64,000 bases of DNA from an uncultured Candidatus Saccharibacteria bacterium (GTDB lineage Bacteria > Patescibacteriota > Minisyncoccia > Phycocordibacterales > Zambryskibacteraceae): positions 11 to 64,010 of the forward strand of contig CAZSOL010000002.1 in the NCBI GenBank assembly GCA_964608585.1. The letters run 5' to 3'. The notes under the pieces were generated by a model. The model was given only the letters and a program-made list of their open reading frames with translations. It was not told the DNA's origin and searched no databases. Position 1 is the first letter of the stretch. Each line of letters begins with the position of its first letter. The position numbers were made by a program, and so were the translations under genes. Below are positions 57,590-64,000 of the stretch, in pieces.

Positions 57590-58311
57590 TGTCTACCTTA
57601 TACAACAAACTGCTTGTCGAGCCGATATACAACACCCTCGTCACCTTGTTTGATCTGTTCCCTCTTGCCGGTGCAGGCCTCTCCATAATCCTCATTACAA
57701 TTATTGTTAGACTGGCTCTATACCCACTCTCTAAGAAGGCAGTTAAGGCGCAGATAGAGATGCAGAGCTTAACTCCAGCGCTACAAGAGATAAAGACGAA
57801 GTATAAAGACAACAAAGAGGAGCAGGCTCGTCGCACTCTAGCCCTCTACAAAGATCGAGGTATTAACCCCTTTTCTGGTATCTTGGTTTTGCTTATACAG
57901 CTTCCTGTTATTTTTGCTCTATATCACATTTTCGTCTCCACCGGCTTCCCCGAGATAAACACCGAGCTCCTCTACTCCTTTGTGGTTCCTCCAGTTGAGG
58001 TTAACCCAATGTTTTTTGGAGCTGATCTGACTCAGAAGAGCGCTATCCTCGCTCTTCTTGCTGCTATTACCACTTACTACCAGATCAAACTAGCTTCCCC
58101 CATAAACAAGAAGTCAGCAGGAGCTCCATCTTTCGGAGATGATCTGGCTCAAAGTATGCAAACACAGATGAAGTACTTCTTCCCTGTGATGGTCTTCTTC
58201 ATCGCTTATACAATCTCAGGTGTCATTGCTCTCTATTGGCTCACCACAAACCTCTTTACGATTGGTCAGGAGATCTTTGTACGAAGAAAGTTGTTAGCTA
58301 ATCAAGCTTAA
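57589..58311 (+). CDS. yidC: membrane protein insertase YidC (short form)
   Basis: YidC/Oxa1 5-TM core. Confidence 0.85.
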   Translation: MSTLYNKLLVEPIYNTLVTLFDLFPLAGAGLSIILITIIVRLALYPLSKKAVKAQIEMQSLTPALQEIKTKYKDNKEEQARRTLALYKDRGINPFSGILVLLIQLPVIFALYHIFVSTGFPEINTELLYSFVVPPVEVNPMFFGADLTQKSAILALLAAITTYYQIKLASPINKKSAGAPSFGDDLAQSMQTQMKYFFPVMVFFIAYTISGVIALYWLTTNLFTIGQEIFVRRKLLANQA

Positions 58312-59530
58312 GTGCCCAAAGAGTCAGGTCCTTCTTGTTGGTGAAGATCAAGTACTCTTCCTCCGAGTCTAGCTTTAGGTTTGTTGCATCAACCTCTTGC
58401 CCAAACTCAGTCTTTGGGTCAAGGATATTCTCAACAGTGTTGGTGTCGACGTTGAACCTTCTGATACTATCTGTGTAATCTGTCACACCTTGGTACCAAA
58501 GATCTGGTACATCAAGACCCAAGCCTCCACTCGGCACTCCACAAATGACAATGCTTGATGATTTCTCACTCCAAACACACTTCTCTGGTAGAGTGGCTGG
58601 TAGGATGTTGGTAACAGCCTCTGTAGTTAAGTTTTTAGCGGTTAACACAACTTGTCCGCCTAGTGTATTGCTATAGAGTAGTCTTCTACCGTCAGGGTTT
58701 GATAAGGCCGTCAGTCCCATCAAAGGACCAAGAATCTTGGTTAAATTACCATTATTTAGGTTTAAGTTATAAACATACCCTTCGGCTTTGGAGCTGGGCT
58801 TAGTCCTTAGGATGACGGAAGTGTTTGTGAGGGGTTGTATAAGCCAGCTTCTGAAGCTAGAAGCAAGAACGTTTCTCGCACCACCTCCATTAAAGTTTGA
58901 GGTGTATACCCCTCCAACATCCTCTAGTGTATAAACAAGGTTCCCGTTTGGTAGAAGAGCTACCTCCCCCACTTCGCCTTCAAGCAAGGTGCTACTCATG
59001 GTGTACAAAGCCTCGGTAGAGGTGCCTTTAGGAGCAGTGAGGGATATTGAGGTGTTTGTTGTTAGGTCGCTGTTGTTTATAACCGTTCTCTCAAGGAAAC
59101 CCGCACCATCCTCTCTCCACAAAGCTGTGTAGATCTGGGGCCTGGTGGTGTTTATGATCCTCACCTTCTCTCCGGTTGCCAAATTGCTTTCAAACACGTG
59201 GCCAGTAGCTCTCTCCACAAAGCGCACCATAGGAGTGTCATCTCTCTCTATAATAATCGACCCAGATACAGGAGTATCAGAAAGCCTAAAGAAGTTTGAT
59301 ACAGGTACACCAGTACTCCCTGTAGGTTCGTCACCACCAGTTGTTGAACCATCTCCGGTGTCTGTACCCGTATCACCACCTGTGGAGACATCCTCTGGTG
59401 CGCTACCAAAAGGAAGTCCGGGGATTACGGGTAGGCCGTTTGGCGTCTTACCACCCAAAAGAAGATAGAGTATTCCGCTTCCAAGAGCGATGGTGAGGAT
59501 GAGTATTAAGATGGCAGTACGTTTCTTCAT
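58298..59530 (-). CDS. hypothetical secreted/anchored protein with Gly/Thr/Asp-rich linker and beta-propeller-like domain
   Basis: N-terminal TM, low-complexity GDTGTDTGDGSTTGGDEPTG linker, repeated beta-rich segments. Confidence 0.5.
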   Translation of the reverse strand: MKKRTAILILILTIALGSGILYLLLGGKTPNGLPVIPGLPFGSAPEDVSTGGDTGTDTGDGSTTGGDEPTGSTGVPVSNFFRLSDTPVSGSIIIERDDTPMVRFVERATGHVFESNLATGEKVRIINTTRPQIYTALWREDGAGFLERTVINNSDLTTNTSISLTAPKGTSTEALYTMSSTLLEGEVGEVALLPNGNLVYTLEDVGGVYTSNFNGGGARNVLASSFRSWLIQPLTNTSVILRTKPSSKAEGYVYNLNLNNGNLTKILGPLMGLTALSNPDGRRLLYSNTLGGQVVLTAKNLTTEAVTNILPATLPEKCVWSEKSSSIVICGVPSGGLGLDVPDLWYQGVTDYTDSIRRFNVDTNTVENILDPKTEFGQEVDATNLKLDSEEEYLIFTNKKDLTLWALKLD

Positions 59531-59533
59531 GTG

Positions 59534-60397
59534 TTAACGATTTATGAAAGCACTTTCTCTTAATGTGGGGAAGCACACTATTTTCCCTTGAAGTTCTGGA
59601 CTTCCTCCAACTAGTTGTTTTATAGCGTCTCTTCTACTATTTGGACACGCGTTGTATTGTTGGAAGTCTGGTCCAAATGCCACATGAACGTTTCTAATAA
59701 AAGTGCTAACAATAATATTGCTTGTATTGGCAACAGATACTTCTAAACAATTTCCAGAATATTCCCCCGGTTTGTAACAGGCGAGATCTCCAGCTTGCTC
59801 GGCTGTTTGAGGGTAAGCTTTTATTACTTGCCACACAAGAAGACGTTCTCTTGTCCTCTCCTCTCCTCTTTCTGTATACGTTTCTTGATATCTTAACCCC
59901 TTCAAATCTTCTAATCCTGAGAGAAGGTTACTGTTTATATAACAAGGATTATTAATACATGCACCCGGGGTTACTGTTATTTCTGCCGAATTCAAAACAA
60001 CACAGTTGTTGGTACAGCCAGTTTCTTCAGCACCTTCATTCCCGAAACCTCCATTATTAAGGTCATCTGGGTTCAGTGCTTCTCCACCTGCATTTTGTGG
60101 AGTAGGAGCTAGGGTTATTCTTACCAAGTTAGGGCTTATCGTAAAGAGAATTGCATAAGAGCCTATCGCCAGAAGGAGTCCAAACAAAGCATTTCTTATT
60201 ATTTTCTTTGCGTCCTCTTTGCCCCCCCAAGCATCTGTTGTGAGATAGATTATTCCTCCATACATTACCCTTAGAACAGCTAGAGCGCCAGCTACAGCAA
60301 TAATTAGTGGCACAAGGTTGCCGAAGAACGTTGCTGGGTCTGTGCCAGAGTTTCCCCCCACGAGTATTGGTAATGGAGCTAAAGGGCTATAATCCAT
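59534..60397 (-). CDS. T4SS-associated membrane protein with VirB2/TrbC pilin-like N-terminus and Cys-rich C-terminal ectodomain
   Basis: Two hydrophobic helices in first 95 aa in TrbC-like arrangement; C-terminal domain with 10 Cys. Confidence 0.35.
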   Translation of the reverse strand: MDYSPLAPLPILVGGNSGTDPATFFGNLVPLIIAVAGALAVLRVMYGGIIYLTTDAWGGKEDAKKIIRNALFGLLLAIGSYAILFTISPNLVRITLAPTPQNAGGEALNPDDLNNGGFGNEGAEETGCTNNCVVLNSAEITVTPGACINNPCYINSNLLSGLEDLKGLRYQETYTERGEERTRERLLVWQVIKAYPQTAEQAGDLACYKPGEYSGNCLEVSVANTSNIIVSTFIRNVHVAFGPDFQQYNACPNSRRDAIKQLVGGSPELQGKIVCFPTLRESAFINR

Positions 60398-61139
60398 TGT
60401 TTTGATTAAACATTATATTAAAGTTTTTAGGTTGAGGTTGTACCAAGACTCCTTTATTAGTAATAGAAAGTTGTATCTTCGCTTGACCAGAGGAGTCGTC
60501 TGAAATTCTATAGGTAACTCTATTTCCAGTTCTTGCGTCTCCTGTGTTGGTTGACCAAAGATAACTTATTGCTGGTGCGTTTTTCGTAGTGGTTCTATGA
60601 AATAGTGGTATCGCCGAGAAGCTCACTTCACTATTAATTAGTGAAAAGTTATTTAAAACAGCCTTATTTAACATCAAGCCATATAGTGGACTGTCTTCTA
60701 CAACTAAGATTTCAGGATCTGATGGAGATAGGGTAACTCTCTCTGTAGCCAAAATATCTCCTTCTTCCCCATCTCTGACATCCACCCTTACTTCTATAGG
60801 TAAAGATAGTATGGTGTCACTAAAAGTTATACTGTTCTTACCAACCCCAGAGAGGCTACCCAATACAGTTCCATCCTTACTCCACCTGTAATACAAAGAT
60901 GCAGAACTTTTACCTGGGATAATAGCTATGGCAGACACAGCCACTTGTCCTTCGTTTGGCCAAAGAGCCAGACCTTGATAAAAAGGAGGCGTATAAGACT
61001 GACCTTCCCACAATATGTCCACTGTTTGGGCTTCTGCATTAGGAGGCATTAGTACAAAACAAGTGCTGAATAGTAAAGAAAGAAGAGTTATACGCATAAC
61101 AATATTATAACCCAACTGTTTCTTTGATTTTTGTATCAA
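60387..61139 (-). CDS. hypothetical secreted protein in T4SS-like cluster (start probably MRITLL)
   Basis: Signal peptide ...FVLMPPNAEAQ; beta-rich. Confidence 0.5.
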   Translation of the reverse strand: MIQKSKKQLGYNIVMRITLLSLLFSTCFVLMPPNAEAQTVDILWEGQSYTPPFYQGLALWPNEGQVAVSAIAIIPGKSSASLYYRWSKDGTVLGSLSGVGKNSITFSDTILSLPIEVRVDVRDGEEGDILATERVTLSPSDPEILVVEDSPLYGLMLNKAVLNNFSLINSEVSFSAIPLFHRTTTKNAPAISYLWSTNTGDARTGNRVTYRISDDSSGQAKIQLSITNKGVLVQPQPKNFNIMFNQNNGL

Positions 61140-61422
61140 GGATCATAAATACAACTATTCCAGTCCACGCAGGTAGACTAGATAAAACTGGTATCATCTC
61201 AGCCACAAATCCAGTTGACCCAACCACGAGTCTTTTTGGGCTGACAAAGCTGATCCCCTTGAGTTTGAACCAAAACCAGAAGTGGAAGCCAGCAAAGAAG
61301 GCTACAATAAAGTTTAGTCCAGGGACTAGAGATAACACGTCATAAAACAAGGCAACCGCGATCATAAGATACTTTGTTGGGCCAGATAGTTTTGATTCAG
61401 GCTTTGATACAGGGGTATCCAT
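61105..61422 (-). CDS. small 2-TM membrane protein (VirB3-like candidate)
   Basis: 105 aa, two TM helices, adjacent to VirB4. Confidence 0.35.
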   Translation of the reverse strand: MDTPVSKPESKLSGPTKYLMIAVALFYDVLSLVPGLNFIVAFFAGFHFWFWFKLKGISFVSPKRLVVGSTGFVAEMIPVLSSLPAWTGIVVFMILDTKIKETVGL

Positions 61423-61424
61423 TT

Positions 61425-63257
61425 TTATCTTGTGACCTCTCGGGTTTCTTCTAACTCTCTTTTTGCCTTCTTTTGAGCCAAGACTTGTGATGGGTCTGAG
61501 GTGATGATCTGGTCCTCGGTGTAAGAGGCAATGATCTTGATAGCTACGTGCTTAAGCCCAGCGAAGAAGATCCCCTCCCCCACATCCGACTCAAGGAGCA
61601 AGAACTTCTCTTCATCTGTCAGGTTGAAGGTTTTCTGCAGGTTATCTATGTTTGTTGGAGACTGCTTAAGTAAGACTTGGATAGAAGAGTTAGTGATGAT
61701 CGGTAGACCGTATGGAGACTTGAGGAAGTCGCCCACGTCTTGAGTGATGGTAGCCACACCCAAGTAATACTTCCTCCCTCTCTTAACCAACCCTGTTAGG
61801 AAGGAAGCCGTGTCGTCTGACTTCATCATCCACCACGCCTCGTCTATGACGAGTAACCTCTTCTTCAGCTCTCTCCTTACCGCGTTCCAGATAAAGTGAG
61901 TGACGATGTACATCGCCACAGGCTTGAGCTCATCCTCCATGTCACGGAGAGAGAAGACCACCAACTTCTTGTTGATGTCTACATTTGTTGGTCTGTTGAT
62001 GAAGCCTGCCCAAGTACCCTTGGTGTACTTAGTAAGCCTTTGAGCCAAGGACTCGCCTCCCTCAAGACCTGAGAGCACTAGCTCAAAGTCGGACATTAGA
62101 GGAGGCTCAACGTTTCTAAAGTCGGAGTCAGCTGTGATGTCTTTAAGTGCATATGTCTCGGTGATAGCTCGGTCTATAAGCGCGTCCTCTTCTGCGGTGA
62201 GTCCTCCCATCATAATACGGAAGAGCCCTACAAGGTTGATGATGTTACTCCTCAAGATATTGGCAGCTGACTCATCAGGACCTGGGACCGGTAGGTCAAA
62301 GGGGTTTATATGGTGCTCGGAGTTGAGAGAGACGTTGAAGTATCTACCCCCTACTGCCTCAGCCATGTACTCGTACTCTCGCTCTGGGTCTATGATGATG
62401 ACCTCAGTATCAAACATTAGGGTTCTTAGGATTTCAAGCTTGGTGCAGTAAGACTTACCAGCACCTGACTTGGCGAAGATGACGGAGTTGTAGTTCTCAA
62501 GTGAGAAGCGGTCAAAGAGTACAAGGGATGAGTTGTGTCTGTTGATGCCGTAGAGTATCCCTTTGTCGGAGGTGAGGTCAAATGAGGTGAATGGGAAGAG
62601 GGATGAGAGTGGTGAGGAGTTAAGCTTGGAGTGTACACCCAAGAGATCGTCGCCCAAGGGTAGAGTAGACTTGTAACCCTGCTCTTGCTGGAAGAGTGCT
62701 GGCTTAACATACACGAGCTTAGCCTCAAGGATGGACTTGATCTCATTTTCTATCTTGTCCAGCTCAAGGTTAGAGTCGGCGTAGATAGTGATGTAGAGGC
62801 CAACATCAAAGAGCTTCTCTTGAGCTTGTTGTAGCTGGTCGCGGAGGTTCTCAAGATCTTGATAAGCCACATCAAGCACTGGGTCTCTGACTAAACCCTT
62901 CTCCTCTCTGGTGTGTATCTGGCTCTCCACCTCAGCCACCTTCTTTTGGAATTGCCTTAGTATTTTGGATGTCTCTATCGGATGAACAAAGATAGACACA
63001 TCAAAAACTTTATCCATATTAAGTATCGGAGAGAACCACTCTTCCGAAAGGAAGCGCGGATAAGAAATGATGAAGAAGCTACGCAAGATTTTTTCTCCGA
63101 GGTCCAACTCTCTGGGGGTAATCTTTAGCGCCGAAGGAGCTATAAGGTCCTTGAGCTCCAGCACTCCTGCTTCAAAGACTTCTTGAGGCAGGATAGACTG
63201 TATCCTTTGCTCAACCTTCTCCTCTTTTTTACCGATGATTTTGTCGAAGAAGCTCAT
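61425..63257 (-). CDS. virB4: VirB4/TrbE-family T4SS ATPase (ATPase portion)
   Basis: Walker A FAKSGAGKSY, Walker B LLVIDEAWWMM, DUF87/AAA-like domain. Confidence 0.8.
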   Translation of the reverse strand: MSFFDKIIGKKEEKVEQRIQSILPQEVFEAGVLELKDLIAPSALKITPRELDLGEKILRSFFIISYPRFLSEEWFSPILNMDKVFDVSIFVHPIETSKILRQFQKKVAEVESQIHTREEKGLVRDPVLDVAYQDLENLRDQLQQAQEKLFDVGLYITIYADSNLELDKIENEIKSILEAKLVYVKPALFQQEQGYKSTLPLGDDLLGVHSKLNSSPLSSLFPFTSFDLTSDKGILYGINRHNSSLVLFDRFSLENYNSVIFAKSGAGKSYCTKLEILRTLMFDTEVIIIDPEREYEYMAEAVGGRYFNVSLNSEHHINPFDLPVPGPDESAANILRSNIINLVGLFRIMMGGLTAEEDALIDRAITETYALKDITADSDFRNVEPPLMSDFELVLSGLEGGESLAQRLTKYTKGTWAGFINRPTNVDINKKLVVFSLRDMEDELKPVAMYIVTHFIWNAVRRELKKRLLVIDEAWWMMKSDDTASFLTGLVKRGRKYYLGVATITQDVGDFLKSPYGLPIITNSSIQVLLKQSPTNIDNLQKTFNLTDEEKFLLLESDVGEGIFFAGLKHVAIKIIASYTEDQIITSDPSQVLAQKKAKRELEETREVTR

Positions 63258-63259
63258 AG

Positions 63260-63898
63260 TTATCTTTTTATAATAGCTTTTTCTGTCTCCCCAGGGTTGA
63301 AGGCCTTATAGAAGAGCTCTGTCACCTCGTCTGTTCCGAGCCTAGCTATACGTATACCAGTCCTTATAAGTCCTTGCTCTACCACAGCCAAGCGTTCCTC
63401 CAGTTGTGTTCTAGCCTCATCGAAGTCAGCTTCCTTAGCACCGGCTCTGTCTTTGGGTTTTCTGCTAACAAGAGAGGAGAGCCCACTAGACTTGTTGGTG
63501 CTTATGATAGAGGGGTTGTATGGTACGACAACGAAGAAGCTCTTTGTCATGATGTTGGTAGACTCGGTGAAGGACCTGACGAACTCTATATATTCGTGAG
63601 TCTGGAGCTTCATTAGGCTGTTGGTTTGGAGTTTGGCCTGCTCTTCAAGTAAGGCAAGGTAAGGTCTGATGTCCAACTTTCTTGATTGCACTACTATCTG
63701 AACAGAGAAGTCTAAAGAGTTTAAGAAGTCTTGAAATTGCAGAAGGATGGCATTCTTCTCATCTACGGACTTAAGGGAGAAGTTGAGTGAGGAGGCAAGG
63801 AGTATGCCACGCATGCCACCATCCTTCTCGATGATGATGCCGTCTCGCACTTCTTTGATAGGGACAAACGCTTGAGTAGGTAAAGAACCACTAGCCAT
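63260..63898 (-). CDS. VirB4 N-terminal domain encoded as separate ORF
   Basis: PIKEVRDGIIIEKDGGMRGIL... resembles the N-terminal region of Gram-positive-type VirB4 proteins; ends 2 nt before ATPase ORF in another frame. Confidence 0.55.
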   Translation of the reverse strand: MASGSLPTQAFVPIKEVRDGIIIEKDGGMRGILLASSLNFSLKSVDEKNAILLQFQDFLNSLDFSVQIVVQSRKLDIRPYLALLEEQAKLQTNSLMKLQTHEYIEFVRSFTESTNIMTKSFFVVVPYNPSIISTNKSSGLSSLVSRKPKDRAGAKEADFDEARTQLEERLAVVEQGLIRTGIRIARLGTDEVTELFYKAFNPGETEKAIIKR

Positions 63899-64000
63899 AA
63901 GAGTATTATAGCGTATCTTTTGTAACAGGGTTTGATTGTTGCTTCACATCTAGCTCGAAGGTGAGGTCTTTGAGCTTACTACCTGAGAGCTTTGGCACAG

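Overview
This 64-kb window is gene-dense and low-GC (about 40%), most likely chromosomal DNA from a small-genome bacterium. Core genes are compact, mostly lack Shine-Dalgarno sequences and show leaderless-type promoters; together with the type IV pilus genes and a T4SS-like cluster this suggests a CPR/Patescibacteria-like organism (inference). The window contains: the 5' part of a 23S rRNA gene on the minus strand with no adjacent 16S gene; a replication-origin module (dnaA-dnaN divergent from rpmH-rnpA-yidC, with DnaA boxes in the dnaN-dnaA spacer); 7 tRNA genes; many housekeeping genes (ftsK, recA, efp, rpsF-ssb-rpsR, tatD, metG, glyQS, recO, ileS, argS, tmk, rplK-nusG-secE, rplS, rluA-like, ruvX, rpsT, ruvA, murE-like, fpg, trmH-like, polA, tsaE, ruvB-yebC-ruvC, tyrS, PBP1A); type IV pilus genes (pilMNO, pilB); and a T4SS-like cluster at the 3' end with a split VirB4. 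The most unusual observations are these. (1) ileS carries an approximately 200-aa insertion that is a complete histidine-phosphatase (PGAM-like) domain. (2) A 52-58% GC island between argS and rplK encodes tmk, a permuted/duplicated ThyX-like protein with a THR instead of RHR motif, and a nucleoside deoxyribosyltransferase-like protein, all with Shine-Dalgarno sequences and GC-palindrome terminators. (3) A GC-rich cassette of four tiny SD-driven ORFs lies between murE and fpg, and further GC-rich orphan genes sit at 28.7 kb and 45.9 kb, sharing a near-identical 24-nt palindromic terminator element. (4) The tRNA-His/tRNA-Leu locus is compositionally mosaic. (5) The T4SS-like cluster has a split VirB4.
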